DNA from: a virus
Lineage: Duplodnaviria; Heunggongvirae; Uroviricota; Caudoviricetes
IMG/VR virus record: IMGVR_UViG_3300050145_000014
Strand: one strand, 5' to 3'
DNA length: 64,000 nucleotides
Numbering within the stretch: the first letter of the stretch is position 1; every line of letters starts with the position of its first letter. The position numbers were made by a program, and so were the translations under genes. Of this stretch, positions 1 to 9,793 are shown one piece after another. The notes under the pieces were generated by a model. The model had not been told where the DNA came from and searched no databases. It saw only the letters and a program-made list of their open reading frames with translations.

Positions 1-47
1 ATTTATTACTATCTTATATATTTATATTATTACTATGTAAGGATAAC

Positions 48-92
48 ATACTTGGAGATAATTATATCTTGATGTATGTATACTTGGAGATA
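48..92. repeat. 13-bp direct repeat ATACTTGGAGATA at 48-60 and 80-92 in the AT-rich leader; a partial third copy ATACTTG lies at 428-434
   Basis: Exact repeat read directly; the surrounding 1-480 is about 75% AT and has no convincing coding frame. Confidence 0.6.
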
Positions 93-206
93 TTAAGGGT
101 AGCAGATGAAGTCCTAGAAGTCAAGAGCGTTCTTACAAAAAAAAAAATTATAGGAGGGAGTCTTTTGTGACAGGAGAGGCTTGCATGTGAAAAATATATC
201 CTTATA

Positions 207-221
207 TGTGCATTTTGCACA
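207..221. promoter_or_regulatory. Palindromic operator-like site TGTGCA-TTT-TGCACA
   Basis: Perfect 6-bp inverted arms with a 3-nt spacer; a second copy of the same architecture lies at 4952-4966. Confidence 0.4.
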
Positions 222-692
222 ATTGAGTGGCTTTCCTTTGTAACAAGGATTCTTATAGAATTACAAAACATAAGATAGTGAATATGCCAAATATGGCTAT
301 AATTGGATAGGGGTGCTTGATATAACCCCTCCCCCATACTCCATATAATACAACGATTCTAAAATATCCATAATAACGATAATAGTATATATAATAATAA
401 CTTACATAGTATAGAGGGTACCTTTATATACTTGCGAAGCAAGCTAATATTACCCGTAGCGAAGCGAAGGGTCGATTTTGTTACAAGTTGGAAGGTGTGG
501 AAGGGCTGCAACATGCTTCGATAAATTATGTGATACCCTCATCACATAATCCACCCTTTGCACGCTGCACCCTCCCCTTGCCCCCCTAGTGCCTCCAGCA
601 CTGCACCACAAACACCCCTAAGGGGATAAAGCACGCCCCTAGGATTACCCCTAGGATGCATAACCATGCAATGCATTGTTTGTCATGTCTGG

Positions 693-1502
693 TCACACGT
701 TCCCCCTTGTTGCTCCATGGGCCACCACGGTAATGGACTTGGCCTGTACGTTAGCCCCTGAGCAGAGCTTGCATGACAGGCACGTCACCCTGGCGCCTGC
801 CTCCTTGCTTGCTGGGCATAGGATCTCACTGGGCATAAGGGCCTGCTTCCCCTGGGCCTGCCATACCTTAACGGGGATGACTCGGAAAGTCCTGGCCCCT
901 GCCCGCTGGTGGCTTGCTGCCTCTTCCTGGGTGTCTGCGCTGAACATCATACTGCCCGGCATGGGTTGTGCCCCTTGGTGCATGGCTTGGTGCGTGTAGG
1001 CTGTATGTCCCGCTGATACCCCTAGCATATGCTCCCACACCTTATAAGGTACTGCTCCAGGATCACCATAGGTCCCCATGCGCAGGAAACGCTCACGGGC
1101 TAGGGTCTGTCGCCCCTCCTTGGCGGTGCAGTCAGGGTAACCCCCGCGCTGGTACTTGCCCCACACTGCACTAGGACCTGTCATCTGGACGTAGCATGTG
1201 CGCCCTGGTGCCACCTTACCGGGGTGTCCTGGCCGGGCTATACCCCTGTGCTTGCAGCCCCCGCAGATAGCGTAATCTGCCCCGGTGTAATTTGCCATAC
1301 TGGGTGACATACCAGAATCACACAGGATATAGGTTTGTAGTACTGCGCCAGTCTTCGTGTTAGCCCCCTTGGTGTTATATACACCGATCACCACGATACT
1401 AGTCCCGTCCAATAATGACGGACCACGATAAATAATACCTGCTGCGGGTTGTTTCATATTATCTCGAATATGGGTTAATATGTGGGTCAGGAAACCCCGC
1501 AT
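693..1502 (-). CDS. hypothetical Cys/Gly/Pro-rich protein, GC-rich (about 60%), compositionally foreign
   Basis: 269-aa ORF in the track; GC far above the window average; contains CGGC...C motifs but no family was recognised. Confidence 0.45.
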   Translation of the reverse strand: MRGFLTHILTHIRDNMKQPAAGIIYRGPSLLDGTSIVVIGVYNTKGANTKTGAVLQTYILCDSGMSPSMANYTGADYAICGGCKHRGIARPGHPGKVAPGRTCYVQMTGPSAVWGKYQRGGYPDCTAKEGRQTLARERFLRMGTYGDPGAVPYKVWEHMLGVSAGHTAYTHQAMHQGAQPMPGSMMFSADTQEEAASHQRAGARTFRVIPVKVWQAQGKQALMPSEILCPASKEAGARVTCLSCKLCSGANVQAKSITVVAHGATRGNV

Positions 1503-1602
1503 AATAAGGTGTAAAGGGGATGCAATGATTTATTGCAGTTTGTAGAGCGGTGATTACCTGCTCATGTGATCGAATATAGGGGTATGGTCGGACCATATTA
1601 AA

Positions 1603-1815
1603 TCAAACCTCTTCAAACCTATGTGCATGCGCTTTTGTGGGTTTCCCGTGGTCACCAATAACGGTAACGTATGCGGGGAACGTGAAGTTCTCACAATGAC
1701 AAGGTGGGTCATATTCGACCACAATATATTCTTTCCCCTTGGTTAGGTGATTCTCATAACCCCGGATAAAGGCCCCTTTGACAATTTGCCCTTTGGCGAA
1801 TACCTTCTCAACCAT
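1603..1815 (-). CDS. hypothetical small protein (70 aa)
   Basis: ORF abuts the RadC-like gene; its start overlaps the upstream stop. Confidence 0.4.
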   Translation of the reverse strand: MVEKVFAKGQIVKGAFIRGYENHLTKGKEYIVVEYDPPCHCENFTFPAYVTVIGDHGKPTKAHAHRFEEV

Positions 1816-1816
1816 A

Positions 1817-2275
1817 TTAAATAAGCCCCTGTTCTGCGAAGCTGGACACAGTATGTCCGATGATAAAGTGATCCAGCACCCGAACGTCTACCAATTGTAA
1901 GGATGATTTAAGGGTCTGAGTCAGGATCTCATCAGCCCTGCTGGGGGTTGCATTGCCTGAGGGGTGATTGTGCACAAGGATGACGCTAGCTGCGTTGTGC
2001 ATAAGGGCACTCTTGACAATCTCACGCGGGTAGACGCTGGTTTGGGTCAAGGTGCCGACAAACTCAATCCTAAATTCAATCATTCTATTCTGTGCATCCA
2101 GATATATCACCCCGAACTCTTCCCGATCTTTCCCGGCATATTCCATTCTCAGGTAATCCTTGAGGATCTGCGGGGAATCGAATACGCAATTATTATTGAT
2201 TTTCGACGCGAGGATATTACCCGCATGGCGGATAACTTCCAATTCTGCATGGGTGAATTTATCGGTGGTGTACAT
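1817..2275 (-). CDS. radC: RadC-like JAB/MPN-domain protein
   Basis: Conserved HNHPSG...PS..D JAMM-type motif (VILVHNHPSGNATPSRAD) characteristic of the RadC/YeeS family. Confidence 0.85.
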   Translation of the reverse strand: MYTTDKFTHAELEVIRHAGNILASKINNNCVFDSPQILKDYLRMEYAGKDREEFGVIYLDAQNRMIEFRIEFVGTLTQTSVYPREIVKSALMHNAASVILVHNHPSGNATPSRADEILTQTLKSSLQLVDVRVLDHFIIGHTVSSFAEQGLI

Positions 2276-2356
2276 ACTGTGCCTTTATATTATGGCGTGT
2301 GGAAGATAATAAATAGAATGGACTATAGTTAATATAATCCATTCGATTATTACCAT

Positions 2357-2941
2357 TTACTTGGAGTGGAGTTTGGCATATTCACGCAGCTGATGGTTAC
2401 TGCTGAATTGCTTAACCATGTCAACACCTGACACCCAGTTAACAATAACGTTCCCATGCTTGGTGATGCCCAGATATTGCCCCTTGGCTGCGGGAACGAA
2501 TTCAGGGTAAGCCACCCATTGACCGGGGCGCATCCCTTGGAAGTCTTCAGGATATCGGGTGAATGTACCGATATCAACGCACGGGAGATAATCCCCCGAT
2601 GTGCAGCGCTGTTTCTTTTGCAGTAGTGCGATGACCTCGTCCAGCCATTGCAGCCGCACAATTTTGCCTTGAGGTTGTGCCCCTTCGTCTTCTTTTTTGC
2701 CTGACCATGTCCCGTCAAGTGCCTTATCATCCAAAGCGAGGATCTCCCGGAGGGTTTCCCTGCCACAGCCGATAGACGGCACATTATCTGCGGCCCAGCA
2801 CAGATAGTAATGACCAGTCTCGTCCCGGATGTACTCCCTCATGAGCCGGAACAGTGCCAAACCCTGCCGGGTGGTGTATCCGTTGTCCTTCAGCGCTTTT
2901 TTGATACTTTCGGTTGTCAGGTTCTTGATTTGCTTTTGCAT
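2357..2941 (-). CDS. hypothetical protein (194 aa) upstream of radC-like gene
   Basis: ORF in the track; its position mirrors the gene that precedes radC in enterobacterial cryptic-prophage islands, but no motif was recognised. Confidence 0.45.
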   Translation of the reverse strand: MQKQIKNLTTESIKKALKDNGYTTRQGLALFRLMREYIRDETGHYYLCWAADNVPSIGCGRETLREILALDDKALDGTWSGKKEDEGAQPQGKIVRLQWLDEVIALLQKKQRCTSGDYLPCVDIGTFTRYPEDFQGMRPGQWVAYPEFVPAAKGQYLGITKHGNVIVNWVSGVDMVKQFSSNHQLREYAKLHSK

Positions 2942-3106
2942 AATGGCCTCTGGATGCCCTTAAACGGGCTCAGGTTGAACGAACGGGGTTAGGTAAGGGG
3001 CAGGCCTAGGCGCCCTGGTGGCGCTTGTTCTCACGGGCTTGTCTCCGGGCGCGTGACGGCTTGCCTTGTTTGCGGGTTTGGTGTTCTTGCATGGTTTGGG
3101 GGTCCT

Positions 3107-3346
3107 TTAGTCTTCGGAGGTGTCTTCGGTCTCGGAGTCTTCTTCGTCCTGGTCTTGTTCCTCTTCGTCTTCAGGAAACAACTCAATGTCGTTCATCTGG
3201 GCGAACTCTTTGCAGTCGTCGTCGCTCAGGTATCCCATCAGGTCACTGGCCAGGGTGAAGGCATCTAACTGCCCCTCTTCCAACATTTCAAACAAACGAT
3301 TTCGGTGTTTTGCCATAGTATCCCTTAGGCGCTGTAAATGCTGCAA
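3107..3346 (-). CDS. small protein with a strongly acidic C-terminal tail (EDEEEQDQDEEDSETEDTSED)
   Basis: 79-aa ORF; the last 25 residues are almost entirely D/E. Confidence 0.4.
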   Translation of the reverse strand: MQHLQRLRDTMAKHRNRLFEMLEEGQLDAFTLASDLMGYLSDDDCKEFAQMNDIELFPEDEEEQDQDEEDSETEDTSED

Positions 3347-3600
3347 TCGACGTCAAACCAGTCGGACAGGTAGAACATCAGGGAAACGCGGCCAAAATTG
3401 ACGGTTGTGTTGACATTCACATGGCACACGGCCCCATCGGATTGTTTCCGTGCGTCGGCCTTATCCTTCAGGGATTGGAGTTCACTGGCCTGAGCGCCTG
3501 TAAGGTTAAAAGATGCTTGCATTTAGGGATCTCCTATTAAATGCGGGTTGATAAAGCACAAACCAAAGCCCTCAGATATTAGGGGCTCAGGGTTTAGGTA

Positions 3601-3933
3601 TTACTTACCGAAGGGCCACAGGCCCATCTGGGCGAAGTTCAGGCGGATGATGTTCTGATGTTCAATGACCACATCCTGCCGCTGGGTGAACTCATCAAAA
3701 TCAATGGGGTGCTCTTCGTCATTGAATGCCGATTGAATATCAGCAAAAACCTTGTCGAAATGCTCGGTGGTTGCTTTTTCGATCAACTGGGGAAGGGTGA
3801 ACACATCAGGCAAAACAATCTGATTGTGAATGAAAGCCTTGACAGCTTCATGTGCAAGGTACCCAGTCAGGCTCGCCAGCTTCAGGGTGTTTTGTGCCTG
3901 AATGCTGGTCAGTTCTTCGATGGTAATGGTCAT
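3601..3933 (-). CDS. hypothetical protein (110 aa)
   Basis: ORF in the track, same strand as its neighbours. Confidence 0.4.
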   Translation of the reverse strand: MTITIEELTSIQAQNTLKLASLTGYLAHEAVKAFIHNQIVLPDVFTLPQLIEKATTEHFDKVFADIQSAFNDEEHPIDFDEFTQRQDVVIEHQNIIRLNFAQMGLWPFGK

Positions 3934-4197
3934 AATTTGCCTTTTATTGGCTGTTGATAAATCGAAACCCTCGGTTATCTCAAGGGCTCGGGATTTATTA
4001 ACAGTTCACAATCCACTTCGTGAGAATATCCCACGACCTGGAGTTATTGACGCGGTTTGCTTGCTGTTGACGCCAGTAGGTTACTGACCCATTGTTTGCC
4101 TGCGCTTTGTTGTTGCGCTGGGCGCTTAGAGTTGCACGTTTGATTGTGCTGTTAATGCTTGCTTCAAACAATGCCCGGTTTGCGTCGTGTTCGTTTT

Positions 4198-4398
4198 TCA
4201 TTTCGATGCATCCTCAATCAGGCGGCCGGTGATATACGCCAGGAACATGCAGAACCCACCGACACCGGCACAACCCCACAAACCCAGACTTGCGGTGACG
4301 ATTGTCAAACCAAAGGAAAACAGGAAGAGGGCGGCGGACAGAACAGCCCACCAGTTAATGCTACGCATTATATTTGCTCCGTTTAAGCCTTCACACAA
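4198..4398 (-). CDS. small membrane protein (66 aa, 2 predicted TM segments)
   Basis: Two hydrophobic stretches (WWAVLSAALFLFSFGLTIV and GVGGFCMFLAYI). Confidence 0.35.
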   Translation of the reverse strand: MCEGLNGANIMRSINWWAVLSAALFLFSFGLTIVTASLGLWGCAGVGGFCMFLAYITGRLIEDASK

Positions 4399-4949
4399 TA
4401 TGAGGGCTTAATTGAGCCCCCATTTAAGGGGACCGTCTAGGACAGGCAAATTGTTAAAGAACGTTCTATGGGTGTCGGCCATCCCGGCTTCACTTGCAAC
4501 TAGCGGGCGTTTCGTCCTGCTGTGCCTCTATTATGAACCTCTCGCACCTGACACCTATAGGGGAAACCCTAATAATTGCAACTATTTGTAATCCGTTGAA
4601 AACACCCCTTAACTCTAGACGCATGCGCGCACGAATAGCACAGAAAACAATCCCGAGTCAACCATATGGTTATTTTCTTGCAACTTGTGGATAACTTCGG
4701 TTTTCTCCTAGGCAAACGCATGTTGATAAGGTGTGAACAGTCCAAGGCTGCACGAACTATATTTTCCAAGGGCAGAGTACGTCTAACGGAAAAAACGCCT
4801 TAAACGTCGATTTTGGCCCCTTGCTGAGGGTGCATGGTTATACACAGGTTATGCACATCATAGGGATAAACCCTTGGTTAGCCTTAAACCCTGAAAATCG
4901 GTCATTAGCTGGCATGGTTTGTGCTTTGTGCAACTGTATGATTCTGTAA

Positions 4950-4966
4950 GTGTGCAATTTGCACAC
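4950..4966. promoter_or_regulatory. Palindrome GTGTGCAA-T-TTGCACAC, second copy of the TGTGCA-N3-TGCACA motif
   Basis: Perfect 8-bp inverted arms read directly; same core as the site at 207-221. Confidence 0.45.
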
Positions 4967-5189
4967 ATCAGGGTCATCTACCACAAAACCAGAAACAACA
5001 AAAGCCCCTACAATCGTGTCAGGTATTAGCTAACATGTCATGATGGGCTTTGTCAATAGGGAGGGATTGTCCGACTAGTCTATGTGGTTATTAACTACAC
5101 CCTTCGACCCCTAGCTGTCAACCTATTCCACTACACCCGGCAGGGGATTCTATTGACAAGTCGGCTAGGATCTGGTAGGGCTACGGGGT

Positions 5190-5290
5190 GGGTTCAGTGT
5201 TTAACGCTTAACGTTCTATCGGTGAACGTTAAACAGGGCACGTTCAGGGTTAAACGCGATAGTTTTTACCTATCTAAACGGTCGTTTTAA
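5190..5290. repeat. Cluster of short direct and inverted repeats (GTTTAACG / CGTTAAAC dyad, AACGTT, GTTCAG x2, GTTAAAC x2) in a 1-kb non-coding region
   Basis: Read directly; 4400-5458 has no ORF of 60 aa or more on the genes' strand. Confidence 0.5.
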
Positions 5291-5458
5291 TAGATTCTGT
5301 GAAATCCAGTATTTACAGCTCCTTATATCCTTTTCGGTAGAGCAAAAGGGGCCATGGGTTTTTGTCAAAATCCGGGGATACTTCTAAACACCATCTGAAA
5401 ATCCAAATTAGTCCGGTAGTGGGATTTTGTTTTTCAAACAGGGTAGTAGGATTTTGAA

Positions 5459-5848
5459 TTAAGTATTCTTCCTAACCCAGCGGAAGAACCACTCTCGTGC
5501 ATTCTTTGATCCTGGGAAGCCCCCATCAGCCCTCAAGAAGTTGCCCTTCTCAGAAGATTCAATGTAAATACCAGGGTGCAAGAGTAAGCCAGAAAGACGC
5601 CCTGCAAATTCTTTACGGAGACTGGTGTAGCCGCATTGCCCACCAATATAGCCCGAATTTCCCTCATTACCGATAGGGAACATATCAAAGAAGCCATAAG
5701 AGTACCTAATACGGTGAAAGTTGAAAATTTCAGTATGTCTCCAGAGGTAGCACAAGCCTGAAATATGGTGCATCTTATGGCCGCTCGACACATAGGCCTT
5801 CAAGGCTTCTGCAATTTCTTTCTGTTGAGCTTCGGGCATGATTTTCAT
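5459..5848 (-). CDS. hypothetical protein (129 aa)
   Basis: ORF in the track; first gene of the long low-GC minus-strand array. Confidence 0.45.
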   Translation of the reverse strand: MKIMPEAQQKEIAEALKAYVSSGHKMHHISGLCYLWRHTEIFNFHRIRYSYGFFDMFPIGNEGNSGYIGGQCGYTSLRKEFAGRLSGLLLHPGIYIESSEKGNFLRADGGFPGSKNAREWFFRWVRKNT

Positions 5849-6168
5849 AGTATTTCCTTTGTGTTAAGCAAGCCAGCTTTTGGATGAGAGATAAGCTACA
5901 GCTATTCCACAACTACAAGACCCCAGGAGATGACCTCATGTACCCAGTAACTCTCGGTAGAGAGGAAGTTATCATCATGGATATCAAGCATTCTTTAACC
6001 TTTCAAGATTCAATAGAGTAGATTTTAGGTGATCCGTGCTTACATGTCAAGAAGGTTTGTGTACTTTTTACACCAGGTCCCCTGAAGGTCAACAAAAGTC
6101 GCTGTCTCATAAGGCTGCACCTGGCCATCGTCAGAGCCTCTAGATTGTCTTTTGAGAGGCTTCCCTGC

Positions 6169-6375
6169 TTAGTACATAGGGTACCATAGACGTAGGCATG
6201 AACGTTCTTCTGGCGGCTTTCTAGCACCCTTGCTCGGCCTTTGGCTGATACTTTGAAGACACTCCTCTAAGAAGACCTCTTTAGCGTATCCGATGACATG
6301 ATTTCTGTGTTTACCTTCACAAGCTACGATACTAAAAACTCCCTTCCTAATATTGTAGTAGACTTTGACTTTCAT
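6169..6375 (-). CDS. hypothetical small protein
   Basis: ORF with a 4-nt start/stop overlap with the upstream gene. Confidence 0.35.
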   Translation of the reverse strand: MKVKVYYNIRKGVFSIVACEGKHRNHVIGYAKEVFLEECLQSISQRPSKGARKPPEERSCLRLWYPMY

Positions 6376-6641
6376 TGGATAAAGTTATTCTTGAAACTTT
6401 CAATCCGAGCATCAGTCAGAGTGACAAGGATACTGCAGTGCATCCACCAGAGAGGTGTTTTGTTAAGTTCGTAATCTTCTGTAGAGAGGACAGCTTCAGT
6501 CAAGGCATCCTGATATGCATGTGAGATGAGCCCATCAAAGATAATTTGAGAGACATCTCCAAACTGCACATAAGAGAGTTTGAACTCATTTACCATAGCT
6601 TCTGCCATCAATTCGATAAGACTTTCAGAATATTTGTTCAT
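6372..6641 (-). CDS. hypothetical protein (89 aa)
   Basis: ORF in the operon-like array. Confidence 0.4.
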   Translation of the reverse strand: MNKYSESLIELMAEAMVNEFKLSYVQFGDVSQIIFDGLISHAYQDALTEAVLSTEDYELNKTPLWWMHCSILVTLTDARIESFKNNFIQ

Positions 6642-6702
6642 GTGTTCCTTTGAAATTTGAGAATTTGAGTCAAAAAGCTACAGGATTATTTAGGATTACT
6701 AA

Positions 6703-7383
6703 TCAGCTGATGACATACTCACCAGACTTGATCAAGCCATAGAGCCATTGAATGGCACCAGAGGCACGTTCACGCCCATCACGAACATGCACACAGGGAT
6801 AGGTTCCTTGGATAATCCCAATATCAGATGGTGACACATAGTCTTTTTGAAAGTCAATCATCGTCAGATAATAAGCACCGCCCATGATTTTCACCAAGAA
6901 GTAATAAGTCTTGAACTTGACAATGTCACCGGCCTTGACCTTCAAGAGATCTTCAGGATTATCGTTCAGATTGTAATCATGGAACTTCCAAGGAGCTTTA
7001 ACTTCCTTCTTAACAAGGGTATAGCCAAAAGCATCAGCCTGTTCTGAGAGGGACTTGATGATAGCCTCTTGATCTTTTTGCTTTGCTTCATCCAGGACAT
7101 CTTTCAAAGCAGACATAGTTATAGTATCAGATGGGAGGTAGCCATCTGGTCCACCCGGCACGGCGCCGGTGTTGAAGACCCACTGGTGTGAAAAATCCTT
7201 ATCTCCATTAGAGTACACAAGGTCGAAATAACAACCTTTGCTTTGGAGATCCTTCAGAATTTCACGATCAACTTGACCAAAGCCGATAACATTTGCAGTC
7301 TTGATAAGTGATTCCATAGTCTTTCCTTTGTTGCTGTCGATGTATGAACTATAGCTGGATGTTGCAGAGGGGTCAAGAGGCAT
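6703..7383 (-). CDS. hypothetical protein (226 aa)
   Basis: ORF in the track. Confidence 0.5.
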   Translation of the reverse strand: MPLDPSATSSYSSYIDSNKGKTMESLIKTANVIGFGQVDREILKDLQSKGCYFDLVYSNGDKDFSHQWVFNTGAVPGGPDGYLPSDTITMSALKDVLDEAKQKDQEAIIKSLSEQADAFGYTLVKKEVKAPWKFHDYNLNDNPEDLLKVKAGDIVKFKTYYFLVKIMGGAYYLTMIDFQKDYVSPSDIGIIQGTYPCVHVRDGRERASGAIQWLYGLIKSGEYVIS

Positions 7384-7395
7384 GGTGTTGGTTGT

Positions 7396-7761
7396 TTACA
7401 ACTCGTCAGGAATTTCAACTTCTTCGCCGAGATTTGCTGTTACATAGCACCGTGCTGCAGCAATGAGTGCTGTTGGGCCGGACGACATCACCTTTATATT
7501 ACCCTCCTTTACTACAATTGATATGCCATCGACCCTCTGAATCATATCGACCCACTCAATAAGGGAGCTGCCTTGTTCCCAGTCGGTGCTAGGGCTGTAG
7601 CGACACTCGTTGAGAGGATCAAACAAAAAACCCTCATCATCCCGTTCCCACCAACCCAATCCGCATTGACCGGGAGGGTTTGACGCTTTTGATACCAGAT
7701 AATCCAGGGCTGCGCCTGTGGCCTCGGAGGTCTTGACCTTCTTAACTTTCTTGTTTGTCAT
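7396..7761 (-). CDS. NinX/DUF2591-like protein (start placed at the internal Met of MTNKKVKKVKTSEATGAALDY)
   Basis: The N-terminal ...TGAALDYLVSKA... resembles the DUF2591 (NinX) signature; the ORF in the track is 7396..7818. Confidence 0.45.
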   Translation of the reverse strand: MTNKKVKKVKTSEATGAALDYLVSKASNPPGQCGLGWWERDDEGFLFDPLNECRYSPSTDWEQGSSLIEWVDMIQRVDGISIVVKEGNIKVMSSGPTALIAAARCYVTANLGEEVEIPDEL

Positions 7762-7966
7762 GTGCATAGCTCCTTTGTGGAATGCTTGTATCTTAGGTCT
7801 TCTGACAAGGTTTGTCAAGTCTTTAGAAGTTCAATTTAATCCCCATAGTTGAGAAGTAAAGTATGAGGGATTTTGAAGTCTTCTTGTCGAAGATAAACTA
7901 CCTCAAGCTCTGGGATATAAAATCCTGCAATCTTGGCAGAGCGTAGATCTAAATAATATTCAGACA

Positions 7967-8233
7967 TTATAGCCCAAGAGCAGCACGCTCTGTACTGGTA
8001 AGTTTTTCAAGAGCTTTCTCGCGGATATCTTGTAGTTTAACCTCCTCAACCTCGGTCAAAGACTCATAGATAACAATCCGAATATTTTCCTTGAAAACAG
8101 ACAGATAGTGACAGTTGGTAGACGCCTTTTTAAACTCTTCGGCCAGCTCCTTAGTTGAGAAACGCGCAACAATGTGGCTATCTCGGTCATAGGATTCTTC
8201 AACTTTCCAGACTTGTTCAATAAATGTCTTCAT
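7967..8233 (-). CDS. hypothetical protein (88 aa)
   Basis: ORF in the track. Confidence 0.4.
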   Translation of the reverse strand: MKTFIEQVWKVEESYDRDSHIVARFSTKELAEEFKKASTNCHYLSVFKENIRIVIYESLTEVEEVKLQDIREKALEKLTSTERAALGL

Positions 8234-8242
8234 AATAACCTT

Positions 8243-8455
8243 TCAGAGTTGGGTAATTTCCATCTTTATTGTAGAACAACCTTGAAGTTTCTTTTTCAAG
8301 GAAGGGCAGTATTTCTTTTTGTGGTTGAACTCTTCATATGCCTTATCTGAGGCAATTTCAGATGCAAACATAGTATTAACAGGGAGTTCAACTACACAAT
8401 CATAAACTGTTTCGTTCGTGGATCTGTTGATGAAAAGAATCAAGAAAGAATTCAT
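8243..8455 (-). CDS. hypothetical small protein
   Basis: ORF in the track. Confidence 0.3.
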   Translation of the reverse strand: MNSFLILFINRSTNETVYDCVVELPVNTMFASEIASDKAYEEFNHKKKYCPSLKKKLQGCSTIKMEITQL

Positions 8456-8456
8456 A

Positions 8457-8876
8457 TTAACCTTTCACATGTTCATACACAATCGAAAACTGCCGAGAGA
8501 AATTACGGCTAGCTGCGTCTGCCTGTTCTGCTGTCAAACTCAGACGAGAACCTCCACCATTCTTGAAGATAGCGACTTGGTAAACCTCTTTCAAAAACCA
8601 CCCTGTAGCCTTGCGCTCGATGACAACACCAGTTGCATTACGAGAGATACCTTTATAGCAGTTAGGGGCTTTGCCCCCGCTCTTTGAAGAGTAGACGGCC
8701 CCTTTGTACAAAGACTTTGGAAGACCGATGCTCTGCATCCGGGAAGTGACTTCATCAACAAGTTCAGAAATTTCCTCATAGGCAGTATAACAGTGTACTT
8801 CACTCCGGCCATTGACAGCTTTCAGAGCATCTTCAATAGACTTTGCGTTTTTCTGGGTGATCTTGAGAGGCTTCAT
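8457..8876 (-). CDS. hypothetical protein (start placed at MKPLKIT)
   Basis: ORF 8457..8921 in the track; the internal Met gives a tighter spacing. Confidence 0.4.
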   Translation of the reverse strand: MKPLKITQKNAKSIEDALKAVNGRSEVHCYTAYEEISELVDEVTSRMQSIGLPKSLYKGAVYSSKSGGKAPNCYKGISRNATGVVIERKATGWFLKEVYQVAIFKNGGGSRLSLTAEQADAASRNFSRQFSIVYEHVKG

Positions 8877-8981
8877 GCTGTCCTCGCTATTGCGTTGTTC
8901 GATGCCTGTATTATGCCTCAAACGAAAAAAGGGTCAAGCCCTTTCGAACTTGACCCTCCCTGGTGTTGTTATTTTACTACG

Positions 8982-9785
8982 TCAGTCTGAGATCCGCACT
9001 TGACCCTTGAAGTCAAAGGGGATGACAACAGTGCGTACCTTACCTTCGCGGATGCCTTGAGCGATAGCTTGACGGCTTTGTGCATCCATTAGGGCGATGC
9101 TGGCGGTGCTGTTGTTGGCTAGCGCTGCCATGCGCTTTGCCTCAGCTTCTGCAATCTGGATCTCTGTGTTCTTTCGCTTCAGGTCAGCTTCTGCACGGAC
9201 AGCAGCTACTGCAGCGGATAGGATCTCTTTGTTAGGAACTACAGACTTAATAGAGACTACAGAAATCTTAACTGCATGCCCTAGACCCTCTTTTTCCAGT
9301 TGATCAAAGATTGCCTTACCGATTTCAGTTTCCATTGCTTGACGATTATCCGCAATTGACAGTGCAGAGTAGTTTCGAATAGTTTTGTTTGACGCATTAC
9401 TCATAAGAGTTTCCATATAATTACGCATCAAAATAACATCACCACCCTCAACACGATGGAAACTCTTTGACTTCTTCGTGTACAATTCAGACACTGCCGA
9501 AGGTTCAATAGAGTACACAACAGAGATATCAAAGTCCTCCAAAGGGGTATTATCAGAAGTCATGTACTTCTTATCTTGTAGAAGAACTTCAATATCTCGA
9601 ATAGGGAACTCAAGAACATCACCAATCATGGTCTGGTGGAAACCGGTACCAGGGAGAAGTTCATTGCCCTCAACTTGCTTTGTGGCATCAATTCGGAGAC
9701 CAACAGTGCCAGTTTCGATACGAGTACAAGCCGAAGCAGAGATTGCCAAAACGATGATAGCAATAAACTTATAGAGAGTCTTCAT
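8982..9785 (-). CDS. SPFH/band-7 (stomatin/prohibitin-like) membrane-anchored protein
   Basis: N-terminal signal/anchor MKTLYKFIAIIVLAISASAC, a band-7 core, and an Ala/Glu-rich coiled-coil C-terminal half typical of SPFH proteins. Confidence 0.75.
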   Translation of the reverse strand: MKTLYKFIAIIVLAISASACTRIETGTVGLRIDATKQVEGNELLPGTGFHQTMIGDVLEFPIRDIEVLLQDKKYMTSDNTPLEDFDISVVYSIEPSAVSELYTKKSKSFHRVEGGDVILMRNYMETLMSNASNKTIRNYSALSIADNRQAMETEIGKAIFDQLEKEGLGHAVKISVVSIKSVVPNKEILSAAVAAVRAEADLKRKNTEIQIAEAEAKRMAALANNSTASIALMDAQSRQAIAQGIREGKVRTVVIPFDFKGQVRISD

Positions 9786-9793
9786 GATTTCCT

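Noticed and set aside
62-337. 91-aa minus-strand ORF in the AT-rich leader
   Set aside because: The region is about 75% AT with direct repeats; the product is low-complexity and there is no RBS; more likely non-coding regulatory DNA
676-1174. Plus-strand ORFs 676..999 and 968..1174
   Set aside because: They lie antisense inside the GC-rich 693..1502 gene; high GC inflates spurious ORF length, and they have no RBS and low-complexity Ala/Pro/Trp-rich products
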